NCBI GenBank assembly: GCA_049322915.1
Contig: JBMOPW010000016.1
Span: forward strand, 7,971-71,970
Direction of reading: 5' to 3'
DNA from: Candidatus Zhuqueibacterota bacterium
GTDB lineage: Bacteria; Zhuqueibacterota; Zhuqueibacteria; Thermofontimicrobiales; Thermofontimicrobiaceae
Length of the DNA: 64,000 nucleotides
Below the pieces are notes generated by a model that was not told the origin of the DNA, made no database searches, and worked only from the letters and a program-made list of their open reading frames with translations. The translations under genes and the position numbers were made by a program. Positions 8,397 to 18,205 of this stretch are shown in pieces; positions within the stretch are counted from its first letter, which is position 1, and the number at the start of each line of letters is the position of its first letter.

Positions 8397-9971
8397 ATGA
8401 AAAAATCACATTTCTTCTTTCTTAAATTGTCTCTGATTCTCGTAATTTGTATTTTGGCAAGTAGTGAAGTAAAATCACAGGTGAATCCGGCTGCAACAGA
8501 GAAAATGGTTTTTGCACATTACATGGGCTGGTACGGCGACTCACTGGCAAGCGGAGATGACAACTTAAGACACTGGAAATGCGGTCATGCCAACCAGCCA
8601 CTCATCGGTTGTTATGATTCCCGGAATAGTTCTACGTTAACATACCACCTTTTATTGGCAGCTGCTTGTGGCATTGATGGCTTTGTGATAAATATCAAAG
8701 ATGAGTTTGACCACCAGACATTGTCTGCTTTAGTCTCTACAATCAATTCCATCAAGGCGGATAATCCGGAAACATTTCATATGCAATTTGCCCTTAGCAT
8801 TGATGATGCTGCTTTTGGTGAACATGATACCGCTGCGGTTGAGACTTCATTTACATTTATTCGCGATTCTGTAGTAACTAAAACTGATAGCTACCTCAAA
8901 GTGAACGATCGACCAGTAATTTTTCTTTTCGATTATCCGGGACATATTGAAGCATCCGAATATCGCAGCGTTGCTGATTCTGTTTTTGAGCCTGATCCGG
9001 TGTTAGTGTGGAATGAAAGTCAGGAGTTTGTTATGGGAATTGTTGATGTGTGTTATCCATGGGTGCAGCCCTTTGCAGGCATTTGGGATTCAAGTGGAAA
9101 TGAATGGGGGGGCAGGTATATCGATGATTTTTTTTGGCGCGTGAATAATATCGTCACACCTCCAAAATTGTCTTTTGCGGTTGCAGGTGTGTGGCCTGGT
9201 TTTGATGACAGAATTAATACTTGTTGGGGCTATGGTCGCTGGATGGATCGGCAAGGTGGCGCAGTGTACGATTCTACATGGCTGAAAGTCATGAATTATA
9301 ATTATGGCCTTGAAATTCCGTGGGTATACATCGAAACATGGAACGATTGGAATGAGGGGACAGAAATTGAGCCAAGCGTTGAGTATGCTTACCAATATCC
9401 TTTGGCGACGATACGAAATATAGAAAAATTCAAAAATTCATCCAGCAGTCTGGACACACTGATCACCGATACTCTTAAATTTGTAGTTGCGGAATGTATT
9501 TACGATACCTACCGGCGTATCGAAACAGGTCTATTAGATTCTACAACGTATTTTCCATGCATCAAAGAGGCAATTACGTATTATTTGCAAGCTGAGTACA
9601 CCAAGGCGGATAGTCTTTTTCGTAAGCTTGGTGTTTGCCCCGTTGGCGCTCAAGGAATCAAAGACAATGGCGCATCATCGCCAATTGAATTTGTTCTTTT
9701 CCAGAACTACCCCAATCCGTTTAATCCTTCGACCACAATTAATTTCAACGTTTCGCGCTCAAGCTACATAACACTCAAGGTATACAACCTAATCGGTGAA
9801 CAGGTTGCAGTCCTTGTTTCCAAACGTGTTAATGCCGGCTATCATCAAGTGAAATGGGACGCGAGTGGTCTCGCGAGTGGTGTATATATCTATCGTTTGG
9901 AAGTTGAAGATACGAAAGATATAGCCAGACAAAATCATGTCATGACCAAAAAACTGTTGTTGATGAAATAA
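8397..9971 (+). CDS. Secreted GH99/GH71-like glycoside hydrolase with T9SS-type C-terminal sorting domain
   Basis: Signal peptide; FAHYMGWY, GIDGF, RPVIFLF, PGFDDR, TWNDWNEGTEIEP; QNYPNPFNPSTTI...ASGVYIYRL...KKLLLMK. Confidence 0.82.
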   Translation: MKKSHFFFLKLSLILVICILASSEVKSQVNPAATEKMVFAHYMGWYGDSLASGDDNLRHWKCGHANQPLIGCYDSRNSSTLTYHLLLAAACGIDGFVINIKDEFDHQTLSALVSTINSIKADNPETFHMQFALSIDDAAFGEHDTAAVETSFTFIRDSVVTKTDSYLKVNDRPVIFLFDYPGHIEASEYRSVADSVFEPDPVLVWNESQEFVMGIVDVCYPWVQPFAGIWDSSGNEWGGRYIDDFFWRVNNIVTPPKLSFAVAGVWPGFDDRINTCWGYGRWMDRQGGAVYDSTWLKVMNYNYGLEIPWVYIETWNDWNEGTEIEPSVEYAYQYPLATIRNIEKFKNSSSSLDTLITDTLKFVVAECIYDTYRRIETGLLDSTTYFPCIKEAITYYLQAEYTKADSLFRKLGVCPVGAQGIKDNGASSPIEFVLFQNYPNPFNPSTTINFNVSRSSYITLKVYNLIGEQVAVLVSKRVNAGYHQVKWDASGLASGVYIYRLEVEDTKDIARQNHVMTKKLLLMK

Positions 9972-10239
9972 ATGTTAGATTGGTGCGTCGATTACCGCAA
10001 GGCATCCCGATAAAAAGAATCGGGAAGCTTTGCTGGTTTGGCGGGTAACTCAAGGACTGGATTCGATGCTTTTCAAAACATCCGTCGGCCAGCACAAAGC
10101 CCTTTTGTTTTTATATTTTTTAAGGAAGCGGGTAACGTGCAATCCGGCTCTGTGGTAGCAGTGACGTCTGGTTTTATCGGCAGTCATTTTTCGTAACGTG
10201 CGTCATACATAAAATGGGCACGTTGCCCTGTGTCCGTTG

Positions 10240-10373
10240 CGCTAACTAAACATCCATCGGAAAGAAGGGCTGCCAATGAAATCCGCAAAGATTGGCGCGT
10301 TGATAAAAGTGTAAATTTAAACATGATAGACGGGGCGTTGACTGCCCTTTTTTAATTGATACCGGCGTTATCC
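10240..10373 (+). other. attC-like integron recombination site
   Basis: CGCTAAC + 5-nt spacer + ATCCAT..AAAGAAGGGCTGCCAA pairs with TTGACTGCCCTTTTTT..ATTGAT + 6-nt spacer + GTTATCC; about 134 bp. Confidence 0.55.
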
Positions 10374-10438
10374 CTTTAAATTTGTCATGATGTACAGAAA
10401 ATGAAATAATCAAACTACTATAAATTTTAAAAAACTAC

Positions 10439-10467
10439 TTGATTTTCAATGTAGTATTGTATATAAT
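10439..10467 (+). promoter_or_regulatory. sigma70 promoter of the TA operon, probably giving a leaderless mRNA
   Basis: TTGATT-17nt-TATAAT; ATG lies 7 nt after the -10 box; near-palindrome GTATTGTATATAATAC over the -10 is a candidate operator. Confidence 0.7.
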
Positions 10468-10473
10468 ACCGTT

Positions 10474-10896
10474 ATGAGTAAAAAACACAGAATAGTAATC
10501 GATACAAATGTTTTTATTTCTGCCTTAAAATCCAAAAAAGGTGCGTCGTACAAACTACTTTTTGAGACCTCAAGAGAAAAATATGAGCAATGTATTTCCC
10601 CTGCTTTAATATTTGAATATGAAAGTGTGGCAAAGCGAGAAAATTTAAAGATTGATATTGAACAAATTGATGATATTATCGATATGATATGCTTACGTTC
10701 AAAGAAATGCGAGATATATTTTTTATGGCGACCATTTTTAAAAGATCCAAAAGACGATTTCATACTGGAGTTAGCGATTGAATCTAAAAGCGAATTTATA
10801 ATAACTTATAATATAAAGGATTTTGAAGGAGTCTCTCAGTTTGGAATAAATGTAATAAATCCGAAAGAATATTTACAAATAATTGGAGAAATATAA
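10474..10896 (+). CDS. PIN-domain toxin (type II TA)
   Basis: RIVIDTNVFISAL, EYE, DPKDDFILELA, IITYNIKDF. Confidence 0.9.
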   Translation: MSKKHRIVIDTNVFISALKSKKGASYKLLFETSREKYEQCISPALIFEYESVAKRENLKIDIEQIDDIIDMICLRSKKCEIYFLWRPFLKDPKDDFILELAIESKSEFIITYNIKDFEGVSQFGINVINPKEYLQIIGEI

Positions 10897-10899
10897 AAT

Positions 10900-11136
10900 A
10901 TGAGTACGCTCAGTGTAAGGCTTCCTGATTCAATACATGAAAGAGTGAAGGAATTTGCCCAAAAAGAAGGTATATCAATAAACCAATTTATAGCGAGTGC
11001 GGTCACCGAAAAAATATCTGCATTTGCAACAAAGGATTATTTAGAGAGACGAGCAAAAAGAGCAGATATTACTAAATTTAAAAAAGCACTTTCTCAAATA
11101 CCAGATGTTGAACCAGAAGAATATGATAATTTATAA
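10900..11136 (+). CDS. Ribbon-helix-helix (HicB-like/CopG) antitoxin
   Basis: STLSVRLPDSIHERVKEFAQKEGISINQFI; starts 3 nt after the PIN gene. Confidence 0.88.
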   Translation: MSTLSVRLPDSIHERVKEFAQKEGISINQFIASAVTEKISAFATKDYLERRAKRADITKFKKALSQIPDVEPEEYDNL

Positions 11137-11190
11137 TCATAAGGCTATTTTAAAATATCTACGAGTAACAGTGCTTAAATGCAAGGTATA

Positions 11191-11637
11191 ATCAGGTAAG
11201 CGGGAGTATTTCTCTCCCACTCCCTACAATCCGCCTAAAAGACTGGCGGACGAATGCGCACCGGATATTTTACGCCAGAGGCGCACTTTCAGCACCGAGT
11301 TAATCCAGAGTTCACAAATGGAAACCAAACCCTGTTCTTTGAGAGAAGTACAGCATGATATTTCCATATTTTATAAGGTAACTGTATAAAACATTAGTCA
11401 GACAGACCGCTTTGGCCCGCCAAAAAACTGGCGGACATTCCGCTGCCATAAGTTTTAACCCATCGAGAAAACATCGGTGTGCGAGATTCTTGTAAAAACG
11501 AAAAAGCATTGCTGTTGAGAATCACGCTAAGTCGCCATCAGCCTTTACTGCTCAATCCGACCGCAATGGCATAGGTTTTCACCGCACCGAGATTAATGAG
11601 GTTGCGGATTCTCGTGCGGCACTTGCGCCACTGTTTA
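11191..11637 (-). mobile_element. Group II intron 3' remnant (class C-like): maturase C-terminus, disrupted domain V, domain VI
   Basis: Minus strand ends GGGAGTGGGAGAGAAATACTCCCGCTTACCTGAT; upstream fragments KQWRKCRTRIRNLINLG...GLSSKG*WRL and EQGLVSICELW. Confidence 0.8.
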
Positions 11638-11691
11638 GTGGGTGAGATAATAGAGTGAATGGCATTTGCTAATTTTATTTTTATTACTATC

Positions 11692-11895
11692 TCACCCCAT
11701 GAATGTAACACATGCGGACTCAGCGACGAATTGAATGAGATGGTGGTAGGTGATGTGCCCGATGCCGGGAGCGGGCTGCTGTTGGATGAAGGCATTGAAT
11801 TCCAGCAACCGGCACTCCAGCGATTCGATGGAGCGATTGGAGAAGTTTGAATTTTTGCAATACTCTAAAAAATGAGTGATATGATGACGAAGCAT
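11692..11895 (-). pseudogene. Tyrosine recombinase N-terminal (SAM-like) fragment
   Basis: MLRHHITHFLEYCK..NFSNRSIESLECRLLEFNAFI..ITYHHLIQFV resembles integrase N-terminal domains; truncated by a small IR element. Confidence 0.5.
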
Positions 11896-11904
11896 AGGGA
11901 GACC

Positions 11905-13290
11905 TTCACTACCGGACACATTTTTTTTTCGATGATTTAACAAATATTCTAATGCTCTTAGTCCTAATGTAAATAAGCTGAGATCGCAACGGTCAATGCG
12001 ATGAATATTTTTCATAAAATCATTGTGAGTTGCCAACAGTCCAAAATAAATGATAAAGATATAGGCTAATGCTGCCACGATTAAAAGCTTGGCCACGCGT
12101 TCTGGCCTTGATATATGACTTTTATGAATGTTAAATCCGCGACTCTTTTTATCGGAGAACATGGTCTCGATTTTAAATCGTTTTCGATACCAATAGAGTG
12201 ATTCTCGTACAGGCTCTATATTGGTCTCGCTACCGGACACTTTTTCCAAAATAACATTTTTGATTAATTTGTCATGCCCGAATGCCATGTCCAGCTTCCA
12301 TTAAATTTATAAAGGATGACAGACTGGGCTTCTTTCGGGCATCTATTTGACAATATTTTGGGAGATTCCCGCCAAAAACATGCGGGAATGACAGCTCTAC
12401 CGAGCATAATTTGAAAAGTGTCCGGTAGTGAAATATTGGTTAGCAAATAAACTGGATCGTTATACTCTTTTCTGTGCCAAACAATAGCGTCAAATTTCGG
12501 ACTATTCGCTTGATCGAATCGAACATCAGGAATCCAAAAATACTCTTCGCGCTGCAAGGGACAAATAGTGCGAAAGGAAAAAGGATCGTCCTGTTCGATT
12601 AAAATTCGGTTTTTGCTTGTCCTAAGGACAAAAGACCACCCGTTTTGTTGAATGAGTCTGATGAGATTTGAACCATCAAATTCGCCATCACCCAAAATGA
12701 TGACGTTCGCTTTAGATGGGATAATTTCTTTTAATCGATTGACCAATTCAATGTGCACGGATTCTTTTAAATGTCCCTTTGATCCAGTGAGAACAAGCTA
12801 GCAAAGTGGCAATGCTCGATTTTTATAAACAACGCTTGCCATGAGCGTGATACAATTTCTACCAACAACACTGCCATCAATAGCAATCGCTATGGCATTG
12901 GTACATAGTAAAGACAATAAAGCTTGCACAAAAGGTAAAAAGTAACACTCAAAAGAAACATATTCGTTGGAAATCCAACGAGAAAAGGATTTTATTGTAC
13001 TGTCTGCCTGGCGATTATCAGTAACTTTGGTTGCGACCTGTGGCAGTTGGCAAGATCTTGATCCAATTGTACCAGCGATTAAATAGGAGAGCGTCGTTAG
13101 CCTGCGAGCATAATTGCCAGTGGGCTGGTTGGGACTAAGTTTTTTCAAAGAGCGAAGAATAATTTTAAATCGACGAATATTTTCGGACATCTCTTGTGCT
13201 TTCATTTATTAACCAATTAAATTTCATTAAGTTAATAAATGATACTATCTTTGTAAAGACAATTCTTTTAAAAAAGTGTCCGGTAGTGAA
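11905..13290 (-). mobile_element. IS4-like DDE insertion sequence with pseudogenised transposase
   Basis: Terminal IRs TTCACTACCGGACAC / GTGTCCGGTAGTGAA; transposase pieces IAIDGS, LGDGEFDG, YRKRFKIETMFSDKKSRGF; in-frame TAG at 12798-12800 and an internal MITE. Confidence 0.88.
12226..12432. mobile_element. 207-bp MITE sharing the IRs of the host IS, inserted in its transposase
   Basis: Ends CTCGCTACCGGACAC / GTGTCCGGTAGTGAA; 8-bp TSD ATATTGGT (12218-12225, 12433-12440); removal restores LLTNIEPVRESLYWY. Confidence 0.9.
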
Positions 13291-13300
13291 AGATAATTTT

Positions 13301-14437
13301 ATGAAAAAAAAACCGATGTATACAATTCTTTTTCTTTTTATTATTTTATTGTTATTAGCCATTGTATGTTCAAAAAACAAAGAAAAAACTGAAAAGAAGG
13401 TTGATCATTTTTTAGAAGCTAATAGAAAAATACTAATAAAAACACAGTTAAAGTATAAGCGGGAGTTTTTTGCCGTATCATTAGATTCTCTGATTTCTAT
13501 TAATCTTGAAAATTTGGAAAATGTACTTTATATCCCCCTTTTTTGCCGGTTTGATGATGATGGGAATTTGTTTTTAATGGATAGAACGACGTTTCAAATT
13601 CATAAATTTTCTACGAATAACAATTGGACTAATTACATCCATTCCGTCTTTGGAAATGGTAAGGGTGAGGGGCCTGGTGAGTTCATGAATCCTACTGATT
13701 TTAAAGTGTTTAAAAATAGGTTATTTATCACAGATCAGCAAACAGGTGCAATTGAAATTTATTCTACCGACGGTAACTATTTAAAACGAATTACAACAGA
13801 GGCGCGGGCAGATTATATACTGCCATATCAAATAGCTCCAGTTAACGAAAACCGAATAATTATCGAACGGAGGGGCTATCCCGTAGAAAATTTATTCTAT
13901 ATTTGTGATTATAATGGAAAGATTATAAAAGGATTTGGGAAATATATTGATAACTCCAACTTGAATAATGCAGTCTATCACGACAATAAAATAACAGCTT
14001 TGTTTAAAGGGAGCTATTTTTATTATTTGCCCTATTACTTGGGATTCGTAGGTTTGTACAAAGACGACAATTTATTGTTCGCTCGTCAAACCGTAGATGG
14101 ACTTCAAAAGTTAGAAGTCGTTACCAAAAAAATAAGGGATGGAGTCGTAGCCAGAAAATTAGACAGAAAGTTTGAAACAGCAGTTCGCCATGCGATTAAT
14201 GAGGATTACATTATCATCCAGGCCTATGATCGAGAAAAAAAACTATTTTTTTATGATATCTACAGTTTAATGAATTTCGATTATATTTTTAGTGTTTCAA
14301 ATTTTCCAAAAACCAATGACTTTGACACAAAAGGCAATCTCCTTGCATGCACATTATATAATAGCCTTAACATATACAATATTGAGAAAGTTAACTCCCT
14401 GATACGAGAGAAAATTGAAGAGCTGAATTCTCATTGA
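13301..14437 (+). CDS. Exported 6-bladed beta-propeller (NHL/TolB-like) protein
   Basis: Signal-like N-terminus MKKKPMYTILFLF; GNGKGEGPGEFMNP, LFITD, YSTDGNYLKRI repeats. Confidence 0.75.
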   Translation: MKKKPMYTILFLFIILLLLAIVCSKNKEKTEKKVDHFLEANRKILIKTQLKYKREFFAVSLDSLISINLENLENVLYIPLFCRFDDDGNLFLMDRTTFQIHKFSTNNNWTNYIHSVFGNGKGEGPGEFMNPTDFKVFKNRLFITDQQTGAIEIYSTDGNYLKRITTEARADYILPYQIAPVNENRIIIERRGYPVENLFYICDYNGKIIKGFGKYIDNSNLNNAVYHDNKITALFKGSYFYYLPYYLGFVGLYKDDNLLFARQTVDGLQKLEVVTKKIRDGVVARKLDRKFETAVRHAINEDYIIIQAYDREKKLFFYDIYSLMNFDYIFSVSNFPKTNDFDTKGNLLACTLYNSLNIYNIEKVNSLIREKIEELNSH

Positions 14438-14628
14438 CGAAGGAGTGATAGAAATTCGATTCATCAAATTATTCGTAAATAAAGCCGATAATTCTAATCG
14501 AAAGTAATCTGCAGAGATGTGAAATTAATAGTATCCCTTCGGTGAACCCCATATTTGAAAATAGAATAAAATAAGGTATATTGAGCCCGATACGTTACGT
14601 AAATTATTCATGAAACGACGGGCGAAAT

Positions 14629-14967
14629 ATGCCAGATCAAAAATTAGTGCTGCATCGCCAGGCGCGGATGGCGGTCATTGAAAAATACCTGGCCAGCGGA
14701 CAAGTGCAAAAAGAGTTCTGCCAGAACGAACAGATCAGTTATGCGACCTTTCACTACTGGTTGAAAAAGTATCGTCAGGGGCAGACTTCATCCGCCTCGG
14801 GCGAGCCATTGCCAAACTGCTCTGTGCCGATTACGTTTTCATCGGCGGCTGTATCCCATCCAGCGCCTTGCTACACGATTGAATATCCCGGCGGCGTTGT
14901 TTTGCACATCAGCGCGCCCCTGGACCCGCACGCGCTGATTCAACTCATTCGGGCGCAGGACGTTTGA
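14629..14967 (+). CDS. tnpA: IS66 accessory protein TnpA
   Basis: ASGQVQKEFCQNEQISYATFHYWLKKY HTH; IEYPGGVVL. Confidence 0.8.
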   Translation: MPDQKLVLHRQARMAVIEKYLASGQVQKEFCQNEQISYATFHYWLKKYRQGQTSSASGEPLPNCSVPITFSSAAVSHPAPCYTIEYPGGVVLHISAPLDPHALIQLIRAQDV

Positions 14968-14968
14968 T

Positions 14969-15312
14969 ATGCTGCCGATGTTCCACTGACTCCGTTTTTT
15001 TCTGTGCACCTAACCGACCGACATGCGTCATCCCGCAAAGCGGGAAACGGATTGAGCGGCATCATCAGCAACGCCCGGATCAGTCGGCCCGACAATGGTG
15101 ATGCCTATATCTTCATCAACCGTCGGCGCGACCGCATGAAGCTGCTTGTCTGGGATCGCACTGGATTCTGGCTTTTGTACAAACGCCTGGAAAAAGGCAC
15201 GTTCCAAATTCCGCCGAACCCGGCGAATCAGCCAGCGGTTGAACTATCGTATTGGGCCCATGCGCGGCGCTATTTTACAGACGGCCAGGCAGTGGCTGCT
15301 GGCAAAGCTTGA
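14969..15312 (+). pseudogene. tnpB: IS66 TnpB (degraded), fused by deletion to a TnpC fragment
   Basis: AYIFINRRRDRMKLLVWDRTGFWLLYKRLEKGTF, then WAHARRYF. Confidence 0.8.
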
Positions 15313-15702
15313 AAAGTTATACTTACTTGAAGATCCGGCGCGGACGGAACAGCGCGAACACGATGCTCGTTATCACTTCAGGCAAACGTACGCCCTGACG
15401 TAATGGCCGTAAGAACTATTTGTTCGCTGGTTCGCACGACGGCGTTATTTACTCCCTGGTTGCCACTGCGAAAAAGCACGGTGTGGAGCCGTTTGCCTGG
15501 CTCAACGATGCGCTCGCCCGAATCGCCCATTGTCCAGTCACCTAATCTATTTAAGTTAACAATACTGGGGATCATCCGTTCAGGCAGCTCCACCAACTCC
15601 TGCCGCCCAATTGGACGCCGTCTAACTAAATCTGATCTTTCAAAGAACTGCTCGGTTTTTTATTGGTGTACTTGACCGAAGGGATACGCCTGTCCACTTG
15701 CT

Positions 15703-17067
15703 CTATTTCATCCCATACTTTTTCAATTTATACCGCAAATGCCGTTCGGTGATGCCCAGGTTTTTGGCGGCCCGGGTTTGCACGCCCTCGGCTTCTTCCA
15801 GGGCCTGGTTGATGAGCATCAATTCGAATGATTCCACGCGCTCCACAAATGTCCCCTCCTCGGTCCGGTCCTTTGCCTGAGATTCAGCGCGAACGCCGCG
15901 CACAGTAGATGGTAAATCCCGAGTGGTAATCACATCGCCGCGGGTGAGCACCACCGCCTGTTCGATCACGTTCTCAAGTTCCCGCACATTGCCGGGAAAG
16001 TCGTATTTCATCAACTGGTCCATGGCCTCCTTGGAAATGGACGTCACCTGTTTTGCATTTTCATCCGTGTATTTTTTGAGAAAATAATCCACTAACAACG
16101 GGATATCGGTCTTTCGCTTTCGCAACGGCGGGATGTTAATTCTCACCACATTCAGCCGGTAGAACAGGTCTTCGCGGAACCTGCCGATTTCAATCATGTC
16201 CTCCAGGTTGCGATTTGTGGCGGTAATGATTCGCACATCGGTTTTGATGGGCTCGACGCCGCCAACGCGTTCGAACACATGTTCCTGCAGAACGCGCAGC
16301 AGCTTCACCTGGGTGGACAGCGGAATTTCGCCCACCTCGTCGATGAACAGCGTACCGCTGTTGGCCATTTCAAAGCGACCTTTGCGGAGTCTGTCCGCGC
16401 CGGTGAACGCGCCTTTTTCGTGGCCGAACAGTTCGCTTTCGAGCAGGTTTTCGGCGAGGGCGGCGCAGTTCACGGCGATGAACGGATTGTTCTTTCGCGG
16501 ACTGGCGAAGTGAATGGCGCGGGCGAAAAGCTCCTTGCCGGTCCCGCTTTCCCCGGTGATGAGCACCGTGGATTTGCTCGGCGCTGCGCGGCCGGCAATG
16601 TTCAGCGCCTCTTCCAGCGCTTCGCTGACTGAAATGATGTGTTTGAAACCGGATTTCTCGGCAATCTGCTCGCGGAGAAATCGGTTTTCCGAAACCAGGT
16701 GCTTGCGCTCCACCGCCCGATTGATGACCAATTCCAATTGATCCAGATCGACCGGCTTAATCAGGTAATCCGTGGCTCCGGCTTTCATGGCCTCGATGAC
16801 GCTTTCCACGCTGCCAAACGCAGTCATTAAAATGACATCGATGTCCGGATTGAGCTGCTTCGTATTTTTTAAAACCTGCATGCCATCCATGTCCGGCATT
16901 TTAAAGTCGGTCAGTACAAGATCGATGGGCGATTTTTCGATGATCTTCATCGCTTCGGTGCCGGAATTCGCCTTTTGAATTTCGAATCCCTTCTTCTTCA
17001 AAAAACCGGATAATATTTGAACCTGGGACGGTTCGTCGTCCACGACGAGAATGGTGTGTTGTGGCAT
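15703..17067 (-). CDS. Sigma54-dependent response regulator (NtrC/AtoC/ZraR family)
   Basis: REC domain; [41 protein letters not shown]; Fis-type HTH. Confidence 0.96.
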   Translation of the reverse strand: MPQHTILVVDDEPSQVQILSGFLKKKGFEIQKANSGTEAMKIIEKSPIDLVLTDFKMPDMDGMQVLKNTKQLNPDIDVILMTAFGSVESVIEAMKAGATDYLIKPVDLDQLELVINRAVERKHLVSENRFLREQIAEKSGFKHIISVSEALEEALNIAGRAAPSKSTVLITGESGTGKELFARAIHFASPRKNNPFIAVNCAALAENLLESELFGHEKGAFTGADRLRKGRFEMANSGTLFIDEVGEIPLSTQVKLLRVLQEHVFERVGGVEPIKTDVRIITATNRNLEDMIEIGRFREDLFYRLNVVRINIPPLRKRKTDIPLLVDYFLKKYTDENAKQVTSISKEAMDQLMKYDFPGNVRELENVIEQAVVLTRGDVITTRDLPSTVRGVRAESQAKDRTEEGTFVERVESFELMLINQALEEAEGVQTRAAKNLGITERHLRYKLKKYGMK

Positions 17068-17273
17068 TTTTTTCCTCTACGCTATTATATGTTTAGGCCT
17101 CGAAGGCGCCAAGACTCAAAAGAGTTTCTATGTAAATCTATAGACTGTTTGACTGGAAAATTCCAAAAATCAAAAAACAAAATACAAATAAAACACAACA
17201 ACAAAATCCTAAAAATCAAACTACTCAGGTTCCAGGTTTAAAGGTTCCCGGTTCCGAGTTAAAGAGAATTTTC

Positions 17274-17981
17274 GTCGCTATCCAGGCATGTAGTCTCGCC
17301 GCGAAATCACCGAGCCACAACGTTACACGAAGATGTCATTTTCATTTTGTATCCGCTCAATAATTTATGGTAAGAAAACGTGTCATTGCGTAGTCCCGAT
17401 TTATCGGGACGAAGCAATCTCCTGGGGTAAACCACGGGATTGCTTCGTCACAAAAAACGTTCCTCGCAATGACATTTCCATCTTTTATTGAGCGGATACT
17501 TCATTTTCATTCCCGGGTCGACTCTGAAAAGCCTTAAACGGCTTTGAAACGTTGGTTATGATATCGTTTCCACGTCATAAATGACGTGGCAATTCATTGA
17601 AAAAAAAGTTAGATAACTTGAATAGCCCCGACTTTTAAGTCGGGGAAACAGAAATCATCCTTTGATTTTTGGGCTTTAGCCCCTTTTTAGCGCCGACTCA
17701 TTCGTATACTGTGAAATTCAATTCCATTTTTAAAACCAAGTTCAGCTTTTCTGAATCGATAATTCAGCCTGCATTGTTCGAAGTATTTTTAAAGGAGGCT
17801 GGCTAACCTGAATGGTGCTCTTTTTAGAATAAACGTACAAAAACTGAATTTCAAAATAGCTCAGATTTTAGCTAATTGAAAATCTCAATGTTGACTCAAA
17901 TTCTGAGCAAGTTCATGAAAAATTCAGGTTAGATGTATTTTTTTTCTTCGCGCCTTTGAGACTTTGTGGCTGAGCAGCAGA
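17274..17981. mobile_element. Degenerate composite MITE (inverted paralogue of 30788-31174) with nested insertions
   Basis: Segments 17278-17348, 17500-17763 and about 17940-17980 match the reverse complement of 30788-31174; contains REP-like palindromes. Confidence 0.8.
17349..17499. mobile_element. 151-bp MITE (IS66-like ends) carrying a REP doublet
   Basis: Perfect 15-bp IR GTATCCGCTCAATAA; 8-bp TSD TTCATTTT; empty site visible in the paralogue near 31100. Confidence 0.88.
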
Positions 17982-18205
17982 TACAAAAAAGTATCGAATT
18001 TATTGCACTTGCTTTTAACCCTACCACGTCACATAGATTTTTTATCGTTGTATTTTTGATAGATGAAAAACTCAACATATTGTGATAAATTTAGTAAATG
18101 ACGTTGTAGGGTTAACTGGTCATTCAAATTAAGAATATAAGGTGAAAACCCAGTTTCATTTTTTTCTCGGAGCCTTCGAAACCAGGAGGCGAAAAAGTTG
18201 TTGCA

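Larger units (their letters stand above)
14531..15687 (+). mobile_element. Internally deleted IS66-family element
   Basis: IRs GTATCCCTTCGGTGAA / TTGACCGAAGGGATAC; tnpA, tnpB and tnpC fragments (WAHARRYF; AKKHGVEPFAWLNDALARI). Confidence 0.88.

Noticed and set aside
11692..12288. 198-aa ORF as a real protein
   Set aside because: Chimeric read-through of MITE sequence, the transposase C-terminus and a recombinase fragment.
13196..13300. N-terminal extension of the beta-propeller ORF
   Set aside because: Lies mostly inside the IS end; the plausible start is ATG 13301.
17274..17981. CRISPR array
   Set aside because: The palindromes are heterogeneous with no constant repeat-spacer period, and there are no cas genes; MITEs and REPs explain them.
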